Source of the DNA: an uncultured Bacteroidales bacterium
GTDB taxonomy: Bacteria > Bacteroidota > Bacteroidia > Bacteroidales > JALTDM01
DNA length: 64,000 nt
Assembly (NCBI GenBank): GCA_964421355.1
Contig: CAYQWX010000002.1
Location: 10,241 to 74,240 of the forward strand
Direction of reading: 5' to 3'
Shown here: piece by piece, positions 28,955 through 39,400 of the stretch
Position numbering within the stretch: the stretch's first letter is position 1
Layout: every line of letters begins with the position of its first letter
Notes under the pieces: model-generated
Databases searched by the model: none
Seen by the model: only the letters and a program-made list of their open reading frames with translations
What the model was told of the DNA's origin: nothing
Translations under genes and position numbers: made by a program

Positions 28955-30136
28955 TTAGTAAATAATTTCTTCTTTGAATTCATCTACAATAGAGCAAAAC
29001 GAATTTGCCACACTTTGTCCAAGTCCGCATTTTGAAGTGATTTTCATAGTTCCTGCAAGTTTGTACAATTCTTTTAAATAAACAGGGTCTTTTTCTCCTT
29101 TTTTAATGGCTTTAATTCCTTTGAGCAATTGCTGTGTGCCTACTCTACATGGTGTACATTGTCCGCAGGATTCTTCTTCAAAGAATTCTAAATAATTTTC
29201 CAGGACGCGATACATGGAACGAGTACTATTAAATATCATTATAGAACCACCTGTAGGTAGAGAATCACCTTCTAATTTTCCTGTGAAGCCTATTGTTTTT
29301 TCTTTAAATTTTGCTCTTGGAATACAAAATCCTGATACCCCCCCGACTTGTACAGCCTTTGTATTGCCGTCTCCAAATTCATTTACAAGGTCTTCTACCG
29401 TAAGTCCTAATTCTAATTCGTAAACCCCTGGTTTAGGAGTGTCACCAGCAATAGAGAAGAGTTTGGAGCCTTTTTGTCCTTTCATTCCATATTCGGCAAA
29501 TTTATCTGCACCTATTTTACATACCATCATAGCATTAACAAAGGTTTCTACATTATTTACTACAGTAGGATATCCTTTGAATCCTTTGGTTATTGGAAAT
29601 GGAGGTTTGTTGCGGGGTTCTCCGCGTTTACCTTCTGCAGAATTTAGCAATGCGGTTTCTTCTCCTACTATATATGCTCCAGCCCCCATTTTTATTTCTA
29701 CTCTAAAATCTATACCGAATTTGTCACAGTGTGCATGAAATTTATTTATTTCTTTTTGAAGGTCTTCTTTTAAGTATTCATATTCGGCTCTTAAATAGAT
29801 AAATCCTCTTTTTGCTCCAATTACATGTGCACATATTCCCATTCCCGAAAGCATTTTTCTTGGGACTCTTTTTAGTATTTCTCTATCTTTGAATGTGCCG
29901 GGTTCTCCTTCGTCTGCATTACTAACCACATATTTTTCTTTTCCTATGGTTTCTTTGGCAAACTTCCATTTAAGTCCTGTGGGAAATCCAGCACCTCCTC
30001 TTCCCCTTAATCCTGATTTTATAAGTTCGTTAATAATAGTATCCGGATCTTTTTTTATGGTTTCACTCATTACCTTATATGGATATTCCGAATAAGGTGC
30101 AAATATTATATCAGCTCTTTTAATTGTTGTTCCCAT
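28955..30136 (-). CDS. hydB: NuoF-like flavoprotein subunit of the hydrogenase (NAD(P)H/FMN/4Fe-4S core only)
   Basis: GRGGAGFPTGLKWKF, NADEGEPGTFKDR, YIVGEETALL and ESCGQCTPCRVG...KCGLG. At 393 aa it has no extra N- or C-terminal Fe-S domains. Confidence 0.9.
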   Translation of the reverse strand: MGTTIKRADIIFAPYSEYPYKVMSETIKKDPDTIINELIKSGLRGRGGAGFPTGLKWKFAKETIGKEKYVVSNADEGEPGTFKDREILKRVPRKMLSGMGICAHVIGAKRGFIYLRAEYEYLKEDLQKEINKFHAHCDKFGIDFRVEIKMGAGAYIVGEETALLNSAEGKRGEPRNKPPFPITKGFKGYPTVVNNVETFVNAMMVCKIGADKFAEYGMKGQKGSKLFSIAGDTPKPGVYELELGLTVEDLVNEFGDGNTKAVQVGGVSGFCIPRAKFKEKTIGFTGKLEGDSLPTGGSIMIFNSTRSMYRVLENYLEFFEEESCGQCTPCRVGTQQLLKGIKAIKKGEKDPVYLKELYKLAGTMKITSKCGLGQSVANSFCSIVDEFKEEIIY

Positions 30137-30142
30137 AATCTT

Positions 30143-30616
30143 TCAGTTTTTGTTATTTAATTTGTATTCCTTTAATATTTTTTCTACTTTATTGTTGTTT
30201 AGTTCTGTGTAGATGTTTTCATTTATCATCATTGCTGGGGCTTTATCACATTGCCCTAAACAATTTGTTTCTAGCAATGTAAAAAGTCCGTCTGGCGTGG
30301 TTTCTCCGATTTTAATACCCAAACAATGATATATGGTATCAAGAACTTCACTTTTCCCTTTCATATCACATACTATTGTTCTACAAACTCTTATAATGTT
30401 TTTGCCTCTTGGTTTTGTGTCTAAAAATGAATAAAAGGATGCAGTACCATATACCTCGGCACCGGATAAATCTAAGGCTTCTGCAACTTCAAAAAGTCTT
30501 TTTTCACTTAGATGTCTTTCTTCTTTTACTATTTCTCTGAGTATAGGCAAAAGTGATTCTCGTTTTTTGCCATACTTTTCAACAAGTGTTTGTACTATAT
30601 TTGTGTTTGTTGACAT
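30143..30616 (-). CDS. hydC: NuoE-like thioredoxin-fold 2Fe-2S subunit of the hydrogenase
   Basis: CRTIVC (Cx4C) and CLGQC (Cx3C) ligand pairs. Start set at ATG 30616, because the tracked TTG at 30649 lies inside the -7 box. Confidence 0.85.
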   Translation of the reverse strand: MSTNTNIVQTLVEKYGKKRESLLPILREIVKEERHLSEKRLFEVAEALDLSGAEVYGTASFYSFLDTKPRGKNIIRVCRTIVCDMKGKSEVLDTIYHCLGIKIGETTPDGLFTLLETNCLGQCDKAPAMMINENIYTELNNNKVEKILKEYKLNNKN

Positions 30617-30646
30617 AATAATATAAAGTTTTTCTTTATTTATGAA

Positions 30647-30654
30647 CAAAAATA
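30647..30654 (-). promoter_or_regulatory. -7 promoter box (TATTTTTG on minus strand) for hydCBA
   Basis: TAnnTTTG match 31 nt upstream of ATG 30616. Confidence 0.5.
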
Positions 30655-30803
30655 GGAGAGTGAGTAAACTTTTATTATGACAAAAATCATAAATAAAAAT
30701 GTTTTATAATTTTTTGTAAGTTGATTGTATTTATTATTAAACAATGTAAATTGTTCAAGTGCAATAAATAATATAAATTCTCGTTATTTTAAAAAAAAAG
30801 GAA

Positions 30804-31358
30804 ATGAGATTTATTATATTTTTATTGTTAATAATCAGTATTCCGAGTTATATTTTTGCTCAAGATACTCTTATTGATAGGGATAATACTTATTTTTTAA
30901 AATATAGTGGAAGCATTAATCTTGCTTATGATTATGGAATATATAGTTTTTATTTACCAGGATTTGGCGTAGATAGAGAAAAATTTGAAATTGTTAATGG
31001 AGTAAAGTTAAATTCTTATATGTCAATTGGGATAGGAAGTGGTATGCATTATTATTTTGATTTTGATAAAAAAGATGTGTGGCTTCCTATTTTTGTAAAT
31101 ATGAAAATTACTTTTATGAAAAATAAAATTTCTCCATTTATTTCTTTAAGCAGTGGTTATTCTTTTGATTTGAAAAATAAGTTTAATAATATTGGCTTTC
31201 TTGTAAATTCATTTTTAGGAATAAAATATAGGATGTGGAATAAATTTTCTTTGGCTACAGGAATGGGGTTTGAAATGCAAAAGGTCAAAGTTTTTTTATG
31301 GGATAAACCTGCATATTTAAATGCAATGACTTTTAATATTAGTTTGTGGTTTAATTAA
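30804..31358 (+). CDS. Small secreted hypothetical protein, probable outer-membrane beta-barrel
   Basis: Signal peptide MRFIIFLLLIISIPSYIFAQ and an alternating-hydrophobicity strand pattern, ending ...FNISLWFN. Confidence 0.5.
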   Translation: MRFIIFLLLIISIPSYIFAQDTLIDRDNTYFLKYSGSINLAYDYGIYSFYLPGFGVDREKFEIVNGVKLNSYMSIGIGSGMHYYFDFDKKDVWLPIFVNMKITFMKNKISPFISLSSGYSFDLKNKFNNIGFLVNSFLGIKYRMWNKFSLATGMGFEMQKVKVFLWDKPAYLNAMTFNISLWFN

Positions 31359-31437
31359 TATGTAAGCATTAATTTCCAATAAATAAATTTCTATTAAAAA
31401 ACTTTTTTAAGTAGGAAATATTGCAACATAATTTTAT

Positions 31438-31445
31438 TATCTTTG
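31438..31445 (+). promoter_or_regulatory. -7 promoter box (TATCTTTG) for iorAB
   Basis: TAnnTTTG match 31 nt upstream of ATG 31477. Confidence 0.5.
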
Positions 31446-31476
31446 AAACGAAATAAAAAAGAAAAACATACAATAG

Positions 31477-33093
31477 ATGAAAAAGTTATTATTATTAGGA
31501 GATGAAGCGGTAGCACAAGGAGGGATAGATGCCGGTATATCCGGTTTTTATGGCTATCCGGGTACTCCTTCTACAGAAATTATAGAATATGTGCAGAGAG
31601 CACCTGAAGCAAAACAAAGAAATATTCATAGAGAGTGGTCAACAAATGAAAAGACTGCAATGGAAGCTGCATTAGGAATGTCTTATGCAGGCAAGAGAGC
31701 TATTGTTACAATGAAGCATGTTGGGCTTAATGTGGCGGCGGATGCGTTTGTAAATTCAGCGATAACAGGAGTTAATGGCGGCTTGATTGTTTCAGTGGCA
31801 GATGACCCTTCTATGCACTCATCTCAAAATGAGCAAGATTCAAGGTACTATGGGAAATTTGCTTTTACACCTATATTTGAGCCTTCTAATCAGCAAGAGG
31901 CATACAATATGGTAAAATACGGGTTTGACTTATCGGAAAAATATGGAGTGCCTGTTTTGTTGAGATTAACAACTCGTATAGCACATTCAAGAGGCGGTGT
32001 AGAAACTGTTGCGAATCCAAGAGAAGAAAATAAAGTTCGTTTACCTGAAGATCCTGTTCAATTTGTATTGTTACCTTCAATAGCTAAAAAGAGATATGAC
32101 AATTTGTTAACGGAACAACCTGCTTTGGTTGAAGAGTCTGACAATTCCCCATTTAATAAATATATAGAAGGGCAAGACACTTCTATGGGAGTAGTTGCTT
32201 CGGGTATTGCTTATAACTATTTAATGGAAAATTTTCCGGAAGGTTGTCCTTTTCCTGTTGTGAAAATAGGTCAATATCCGCTTCCTTATGATATGTTAAA
32301 AAAACTTTTTGATAATGTAGATAGTGTATTGGTATTAGAAGAAGGCTATCCTTTTATTGAAGAGCAGTTAAGGGGACATTTTAACTATTCTCCCAAACCA
32401 ATAAGAGGTAGGATGGACGGTACAGTGCCTCGCACAGGAGAATTAAATCCGAATATTGTGGCGAAGTCACTGGGTAGGGAAATAGAAGTACCGTATCCAC
32501 CAAGCAGTGTAGTAAAAGTGCGTCCTCCACAATTTTGTGAGGGTTGTGGACATATATTCTTTTACAAAGCGTTAAATGAAGTAATGGAAAGCTACGGGAA
32601 AGGAAGAGTATTTGCTGATATAGGTTGTTATACTCTGGCTGCCTTACCACCATTTAATTCAATTAACTCGTGTGTAGATATGGGAGCTTCCATTACAATG
32701 GCAAAAGGTGCTGCAGATGCTGGCTTATTACCATCTGTAGCAGTAATAGGAGATTCCACTTTTACACATTCAGGTATGACGGGATTACTTGATGCCGTAA
32801 GAGAAAATACTAATATGACAGTATTTATACTTGACAACTCTGCTGTGGGGATGACGGGAGGACAAGCTTCGGCTGCTACCGGAAAGATAGATAATATTGT
32901 AAAAGGATTAGGTGTGGATCCTGACCATATAAGAGTGGTAAATCCTATTCCAAAAGAACATAAAACTATGGTAGAAGTGTTTAGGGAAGAAATAGAACAT
33001 AAAGGGTTATCTGTGGTAATTCCGAGAAGAGAATGTGTGCAAACATATATTAGAAGAATAAAAATGCAGAAAAAAGCAAAAGCAAATAAATAA
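31477..33093 (+). CDS. iorA: Indolepyruvate:ferredoxin oxidoreductase, alpha (TPP-binding) subunit
   Basis: MKKLLLLGDEAVAQGGIDAGISGFYGYPGTPSTEI N-terminus. The TPP region has FCEGCGH and GDSTFTHSGMTGL. Confidence 0.9.
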   Translation: MKKLLLLGDEAVAQGGIDAGISGFYGYPGTPSTEIIEYVQRAPEAKQRNIHREWSTNEKTAMEAALGMSYAGKRAIVTMKHVGLNVAADAFVNSAITGVNGGLIVSVADDPSMHSSQNEQDSRYYGKFAFTPIFEPSNQQEAYNMVKYGFDLSEKYGVPVLLRLTTRIAHSRGGVETVANPREENKVRLPEDPVQFVLLPSIAKKRYDNLLTEQPALVEESDNSPFNKYIEGQDTSMGVVASGIAYNYLMENFPEGCPFPVVKIGQYPLPYDMLKKLFDNVDSVLVLEEGYPFIEEQLRGHFNYSPKPIRGRMDGTVPRTGELNPNIVAKSLGREIEVPYPPSSVVKVRPPQFCEGCGHIFFYKALNEVMESYGKGRVFADIGCYTLAALPPFNSINSCVDMGASITMAKGAADAGLLPSVAVIGDSTFTHSGMTGLLDAVRENTNMTVFILDNSAVGMTGGQASAATGKIDNIVKGLGVDPDHIRVVNPIPKEHKTMVEVFREEIEHKGLSVVIPRRECVQTYIRRIKMQKKAKANK

Positions 33094-33118
33094 GAATTTT
33101 TAAAAGATAATTGTAGTT

Positions 33119-33706
33119 ATGAAAACCGATATAATTTTAGCAGGAGTAGGCGGACAAGGTATATTGTCAACTGCCGCAATAATTGCCGCTTCGGCTCTTC
33201 AAAAAGGATTGTATGTAAAACAGTCTGAAATACATGGAATGAGTCAAAGAGGTGGTGATGTGCAATCAAATTTAAGAATATCAGACAAACCGATAGCTTC
33301 TGATTTGATACCAATGGGTAAAGCTGATATAGTACTTGGATTAGAACCTATAGAAGCATTGAGATATGTTCATTATTTGAAAAAAGAAGGTTGGCTTATT
33401 GTAGATTCTACCCCATATAAAAATATTCCTGATTATCCTCCTATTGAAGAGGTGCTTGCAGAAATACAAAAATATCCAAATCATATTATTATCAATGCAG
33501 AGAGCGAAGCAAAGAAGTTAGGTAGTTCGTTGGTTGCCAATGTTATACTTATAGGGGCAGTTAGTCCTTATCTTGGGTTGGAATACGAAGACTTGGAAGC
33601 CGGAATTAAAGAAATTTTCGGGAGAAAGGGAGAAACAGTAGTTGAAATGAACTTAAAAGCTCTAAAAAGAGGTCTGGAACTTTCCAGAGAGTTTGTAAAT
33701 AAGTAA
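33119..33706 (+). CDS. iorB: Indolepyruvate:ferredoxin oxidoreductase, beta subunit
   Basis: ILAGVGGQGILS...SEIHGMSQRGG is typical of the gamma-type domain of 2-oxoacid oxidoreductases. The gene is adjacent to iorA. Confidence 0.9.
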   Translation: MKTDIILAGVGGQGILSTAAIIAASALQKGLYVKQSEIHGMSQRGGDVQSNLRISDKPIASDLIPMGKADIVLGLEPIEALRYVHYLKKEGWLIVDSTPYKNIPDYPPIEEVLAEIQKYPNHIIINAESEAKKLGSSLVANVILIGAVSPYLGLEYEDLEAGIKEIFGRKGETVVEMNLKALKRGLELSREFVNK

Positions 33707-33728
33707 GTAATAATTGTAAAATAATAAG

Positions 33729-33750
33729 AAGGGGCAAAATATAGCCCCTT
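33729..33750 (+). terminator. Rho-independent terminator after iorB
   Basis: aaggggc / gcccctt stem followed by TTTTTATTTTT. Confidence 0.7.
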
Positions 33751-33758
33751 TTTTATTT

Positions 33759-34178
33759 TTATTCTCCAATTATTTTTATAAGTACTCTTTTATTTCTTTT
33801 ACCGTCAAATTCTCCGTAAAATATTTGTTCCCAAGGTACGAGGTCAAGCTTACCGTTTGTTATGGCAATCACAACTTCACGTCCCATTACTTGTCTTTTG
33901 AGGTGAGCGTCACCATTATCTTCTCCTGTGCGATTGTGCATGTAGTGTGAATGTGGTTTTTCGGGAGCCAATTCTTCTAACCACCGTTCAAAGTCTTGGA
34001 GCAGTCCTGATTCGTCATCATTGATGAATACGCTTGCCGTAATGTGCATGGCGTTTACCAAACAAAGTCCTTCTTTTATACCGCTTTCCATTACACATTC
34101 TTCTACTTCCGTGGTAATGTTTATAAAATCCCTGCGATGTGGTGTGTTAAACCATAATTCTTCTCTATAACTTTTCAT
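33759..34178 (-). CDS. yjbQ: YjbQ family protein (UPF0047, secondary thiamine-phosphate synthase enzyme)
   Basis: [23 protein letters not shown] and [12 protein letters not shown] blocks; 139 aa. Confidence 0.85.
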   Translation of the reverse strand: MKSYREELWFNTPHRRDFINITTEVEECVMESGIKEGLCLVNAMHITASVFINDDESGLLQDFERWLEELAPEKPHSHYMHNRTGEDNGDAHLKRQVMGREVVIAITNGKLDLVPWEQIFYGEFDGKRNKRVLIKIIGE

Positions 34179-34192
34179 GACTATATGTTTTT

Positions 34193-34813
34193 TTACATTA
34201 GTATTATAACAGTAACTAGTCCTGTGAGCATTCCTGCTAATCCACTTTCTATTAGATTGATAGTTTTTTTATTTTTACCTCCTGCAATGTATCCTTGTTT
34301 GATGTATTTCTTGTCTTTGAGTTTAGGGAATTTTTTGTCAAATTTATTCTTTGATGGTGGTATTAAAGATAATGTTATTGTAGGTATAAGTACTCCTACA
34401 GGAGAATATACCATATATCCCATTGTGGACAATTCTAAAGTGATTGCAGTAGATAACAAGTATTCGGTAATTATTGCTATAGTGGGCTTGTAATATTTTG
34501 TTGCCAATTGTTCTCCTTTTATAAAGTCTTGCATTTGTTGTGGAGTATATTCATTTGTTGCAGGTTTATAAAAAATTTCTAATGTTCCGTTTTGTTTTTT
34601 TATGCCAAAAACATCATTTATGTCAAATTGTTTTTCCTTTGTTTTTACTTTTTTCAATACTATAGAAGCTGTAATACTACTATCTTCTTGATTAAATGTA
34701 TATTTTTCTAAAGCATAAGTATTGCCATTTAATAAAATAAGAGTGTCTTTTTGAGAAAAAACTGAGAATGATGTGATAATCAGTAGTGTGAATAATGTTA
34801 AAATTTTTTTCAT
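34193..34813 (-). CDS. Hypothetical membrane protein (signal peptide, ~100-aa soluble domain, 3 C-terminal TM segments); paralogue of the upstream gene
   Basis: Same architecture as 34810-35445, with shared blocks (QxDTL.L..G, IPPS.NK, GY..AG). The two genes overlap by 4 nt. Confidence 0.55.
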   Translation of the reverse strand: MKKILTLFTLLIITSFSVFSQKDTLILLNGNTYALEKYTFNQEDSSITASIVLKKVKTKEKQFDINDVFGIKKQNGTLEIFYKPATNEYTPQQMQDFIKGEQLATKYYKPTIAIITEYLLSTAITLELSTMGYMVYSPVGVLIPTITLSLIPPSKNKFDKKFPKLKDKKYIKQGYIAGGKNKKTINLIESGLAGMLTGLVTVIILM

Positions 34814-35445
34814 AAACTTTTTAATTTTGATATTATTATGTATGACGGAATACCGATTATTAGACCTGTAAAACCATATTTAAAAGAGTTAAATGATCTT
34901 ATGGGTTGCCCTGCTACTTTATAGCCTTCTAAAAAATATTTATTGTTTGTAATTTTTTTTACTTTGTTGGCGGAAGGAGGAATGTAAGTCATCATCAAAC
35001 TGAATCCAATTGGTAAGATAGGGGCAAATAATAAGCTTCCGCTAATCCAACCGGATATTACAGGAGAAGTTAGTCCTATTAAAAAACTTGTGATTTTACC
35101 CAAAATGAATTTATAATGCTTGCGGGCATATTTTTCTCCCGCAATATATTTTTTTGTATTGTCCTTTGTAAAATTTAATCCGCTTTTTTCATCTTCAAAT
35201 TCTTTGAAAAAAATAATTTCTTCTCCGTTTATTTTCTTTAAAGAGAATATCTCAACGGGATAAAATTCTTTTTCTTTTATTTCTCCTGAAGGAAGTATTG
35301 TATTAAATACATACATATTGTTAGGTAATTGTTTGTAATTTTTCACAGGAATTTGTTTTCCTGACATTAATAGAAGTGTGTCGGATTGTGCTTTTATATT
35401 ATTGATAATTAGAATCACAAATAATATGTTGATTAAAATCTTCAT
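34810..35445 (-). CDS. Hypothetical membrane protein, paralogue of 34193-34813
   Basis: See the previous entry. Signal peptide MKILINILFVILIINNIKAQ. Confidence 0.55.
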   Translation of the reverse strand: MKILINILFVILIINNIKAQSDTLLLMSGKQIPVKNYKQLPNNMYVFNTILPSGEIKEKEFYPVEIFSLKKINGEEIIFFKEFEDEKSGLNFTKDNTKKYIAGEKYARKHYKFILGKITSFLIGLTSPVISGWISGSLLFAPILPIGFSLMMTYIPPSANKVKKITNNKYFLEGYKVAGQPIRSFNSFKYGFTGLIIGIPSYIIISKLKSL

Positions 35446-35461
35446 TAAAATTCGTTTTTTA

Positions 35462-35469
35462 CAAAAATA
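35462..35469 (-). promoter_or_regulatory. Candidate -7 promoter box (TATTTTTG on minus strand) for the paralogue pair
   Basis: TAnnTTTG match 17 nt upstream of ATG 35445. Confidence 0.35.
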
Positions 35470-35504
35470 ATGAAAAATTTGATAATTTCAATTGGTGAAC
35501 CTGA

Positions 35505-36446
35505 TTATTCAAATTTTATAAAATTACTTTGTTTGCTTAGTTCCATATATTTTTCCAATACTTTTAGGCAAAGTAAGTCTTCTATATAATTATTTTGAAA
35601 TTTTTTTATATAGTTGTGTGCATTATTAATTATTGTTTTTGCCTCTTCTGTATGTTGTGTATAATACAATAATTTTTCTTCTAAATTGGAAAAATCGTTT
35701 TTTATTTCTACATAATGTATCCCTTTTTTGAGGGTTCCTTCCATGAACCATGTTTCATAATGAGGTTTTGTCATAAAGCATAGTGAGTTTGAGGACATTG
35801 CCCATTTCAAGTTAGATGCAACATCGTTGCCTTCCAGACATAATATGAATTTGTATTCAAGTTGTTTTTTGATAGGTAAAAATGGTTTTTGCCATGGTGC
35901 ATTTTCTTTTGGAGTATTAGTTTGTCCCACATCACATAAGGGGTGATTCCAGTAAGATTTTACAAATTTTTTGCGTAATGTTTGATATGCACCGCCACGC
36001 CATACAAGCATGTTTTTCTTTTGTTCAAAAGTATATGGGTCGTTTACCCATTTAAAATGTCTTACCTTGTTTAGTTTAAATAATACGGAATTAGCATTGT
36101 TGTTGTCAATTATACGGGCTTTTACCAATGTTGGATATTGTGGTGTTTCGGTATTGTCTCCAAATCTATAAAGTAAGCGAGCTTCAGGATTGAAATAATG
36201 TAAAAAATCTTTTAAGTCTAAAAAGTAATTGCTGCTGTTTCCTTTTCTTTTGAAATCTTTTATTGCTATTGCTTCTGGAGGTAAGCGGAAAGTGGTATTT
36301 GTTTTTACATAATAATTTAATCTACTGTTTAATTCCTCTTTGTCAATTTTAGTTTCCAGTTTTTTTAGGAATTTATATTTTTGTTTGAAATATATTGAAG
36401 GAAGGTGTTGGTATCCGAATCTTTGTAAATAATAAAACAGTTTCAC
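35505..36446 (-). CDS. Glycosyltransferase family 90 (CAP10/KDELC-like domain) protein
   Basis: WRGG...R, YKFILCLEGNDVASNLKWAMSSNSLCFM and HYVEIKNDFSNLEEKL follow the CAP10-domain pattern. It lies 13 nt downstream of the sprA stop. Confidence 0.7.
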   Translation of the reverse strand: MKLFYYLQRFGYQHLPSIYFKQKYKFLKKLETKIDKEELNSRLNYYVKTNTTFRLPPEAIAIKDFKRKGNSSNYFLDLKDFLHYFNPEARLLYRFGDNTETPQYPTLVKARIIDNNNANSVLFKLNKVRHFKWVNDPYTFEQKKNMLVWRGGAYQTLRKKFVKSYWNHPLCDVGQTNTPKENAPWQKPFLPIKKQLEYKFILCLEGNDVASNLKWAMSSNSLCFMTKPHYETWFMEGTLKKGIHYVEIKNDFSNLEEKLLYYTQHTEEAKTIINNAHNYIKKFQNNYIEDLLCLKVLEKYMELSKQSNFIKFE

Positions 36447-36459
36447 TATTCTAATATAT

Positions 36460-39400
36460 TTATTGTGCTAATGAAAATCTTACACTTACTCCAAATCTGG
36501 CATTTGCCGTAAGAGGTGGATAGTTTATTACTGATTTATTTATTGTATGGTCATAGAATAATCTAACTGTGAATTGCGGACCAAGAGCATAGTCTGCTGT
36601 AAATTTAATTGTGTATATTACAGTTCCTGATGTTACTTGGGAAAGTCGCTCTTGTATTCTGTTGATTATATTTACTTGTTTTCTCATACTTAAATCCAGT
36701 CTCAAGTCTAAGTCGCTATCAAAAGTTTTGTTCCAACCGCCTGCTTTTACGGTTATTTTCAGGCTTTTGAATCTGTAGCCACTTCCAACGGTATATTCCG
36801 TACCATTCATTTCGTTTATTTGTCCGTTGGAGGTGCTTAATGTTATTGTTCTATTTTTTCTTATTTCTACGCGAGCAAGCAAACTATTGTTCATAGTGGC
36901 ATCTATGTTTATAAGAGGAGAGAAACGTTCGTCTATTGTTACTCCAAGCATATCGTATTTTGGATAGAAATTACCAACCATGTCTCTTACATAAGAAAAT
37001 CCTGATTCGTTAGGGTTGTACAGTAGGTTAGTGGTGTATGAATTGATTGAAAAAGTAGAGGTATATGCGTGTGATATTGTAAATGTTCTGAAATAATGTT
37101 TTATTAGTTTGTAATTGGTTAGACCTGTGATAGATACCCGCCAGTTAGGATATGGAATAGAAAGGAAAAAATCTTTTGCTTTAGCAAATGTAGTTGGGTT
37201 ATTTCCTGAATATACCGCTAAGAATGTAGCAATCATTACATCTTGTTGGAATGGTCCGTATCCATCTGGATACCCATTGTTTACACTGGAATGGTTGTTT
37301 ATTATGTTTGCAGAATAATTGTTTGGGTCATTGTTTCGGCGTTTGTATGCCATAGCTTTTGCTACTTCAAGACGTTTGTTTAAGAATTCTATAAATAATG
37401 GAGATTCAAGTTCATTAGTTATAGGATCTCTTTTAAGTCCTTTAAATGAGGTTTTTATGGTGTTGAATGTAATATTAAAGTTACCTCTATCAGAGGAGTT
37501 TCTTATTTCAAAATCATTTGTGTTGTATCTGTAATATAATTGTTTTGATGTGCTATTAGAGATGCTACGGGTAGCAGTTAAATCTATTTTTACACCTTTG
37601 AATGGCTGAATAGATGCTTTTAGGTCTAAATTTACATTATTTGTATTTCCTATATTTTGTATTAGAGATGTGTCTTTTACCAGCCAGCTTTGGTCTGTTG
37701 CATTTCTTATGAGGGAGTCGAGATTTTCTTGCCACCCAACTATGAAGTAGGGACCTGGAGCATATAAGCCTGAAGCTAATTTCTGCATTCCTATCAGTTG
37801 TGATTTATATCTATATCCCGGTATGCTTGTTGCTTGGTTTACACTATATGTTGCTCTTATGTTTTTTATTCCCATCATTGCAAGAATGCTTCGTTCCATA
37901 ATTTGTTTCCATAATGGATCTACATCTTCGCGGGTGCCCACTACTTGTATTTTGGCATTTTTAATAGTTGTATCTGAAATAAATACGAGTCTGTTTTTGT
38001 TTATGATTTTTGTTTTACCGCTTATTTTTTTGCCGGCAGAGTCTGTTACTGTTATTGCTACATCTTCTGTTTTTAGTCTATGGTAAACAGATTTTGGTTT
38101 TCCTTTTTTGAAATTCATATAGATGGGAGGTTGTCCTTTGTCAGGGTAATATACTTCTTTCCTTCTGTTTTTTCTTTGCGGTCTGCTATATTTTTGTCGT
38201 AATTTACGTAGGTATTTGAAGTTGTTGTATAATGATAGCATATTTAAGTTAAGGTTGGCGTGTTGTGTGTTTCCGTTTATAATAGTGTTTCCGGGATCTA
38301 TAAAATCTTCATCTGAGCCTGGTGTTTCTACTACAGGAGATGCTTGCCATTTGTATCTACCACTATATCCTACTGTTGCACTTACCCAATTTAGGTAAGG
38401 TAATTTGTTTATAGGTAAAGCATAGGATAGATTTAGTGAATGTTGATAGTTATTTATTCTACCTCCTTTACCCATTATTGCATCAAATAGACTATCTCTT
38501 AGAGTGTTGTTATCCACATATCCTTGTGGTTCACCAATTATTGCATTTGAGCCGGAAGTGAAGTCAAATGATAATGATCTTGTAAACTTGTGTCGCAGGG
38601 AGAAATTACGATTCCAATAGAAATTTTTGTTAAAAGTAGGTACCATTGTAATTTCATATCCGGGAGTTAGGTTACGTTTGAGTACTTCATTGTAATTTCT
38701 TGTAACATCTGTGGTAAAAGTTATTGATTGTGGCATTATATAGAAGTTAAAGTCTTTGATAAGTTTCAAATATTTGGATCTTAGTATTTTGCTTCTTGAT
38801 TTGCGGAATGGAGCATAGTTTTTTGGACTGTTATTGAAATTATATGTAAGTGCCGTATGATAATTTTTGGTGATATTATGATCGGTATTTATATCTCTCA
38901 TAAATATTTCGTTGTATGAATAAGTTGCCGCCCAGTTATTTAATGTCCACAGGCGAGGTTTTCGTGGCATTTTGCCTATTTGTACATTTGTGAAATTAAG
39001 GCTTCTGCGTTTTACATAGGTTTGTATAATTCTTTTTACAGAGTCTCTTTGTTGTGGGTTAAGATTTTTTAATGTTACATCTGTTGGTATATCTGGGTCT
39101 AATGGGTTGTATTGAGGATTGCTAAACATTTCGGATGTTGAAAAGAACATAGGAACTCTTACATTTAATTTTTCGGGGAAAAACTTACCGAGTTGAAGGT
39201 TGGTAGAAATGTTGTATTGATAAATATCTTCTTTGCTTCGTTCGCTTAATTTTTGTTCCAAGCTACCAAATCCTGGTTTACTTGTCATACATGATATAGT
39301 TACATTTCCTAAGTCAGCCAGTTTTGCAGATATTCTTGTAGTTGCTGCCCAACCGCCTTTTTCATCAAAATCTGTGAGCCTTAATTCATTTACCCATATT

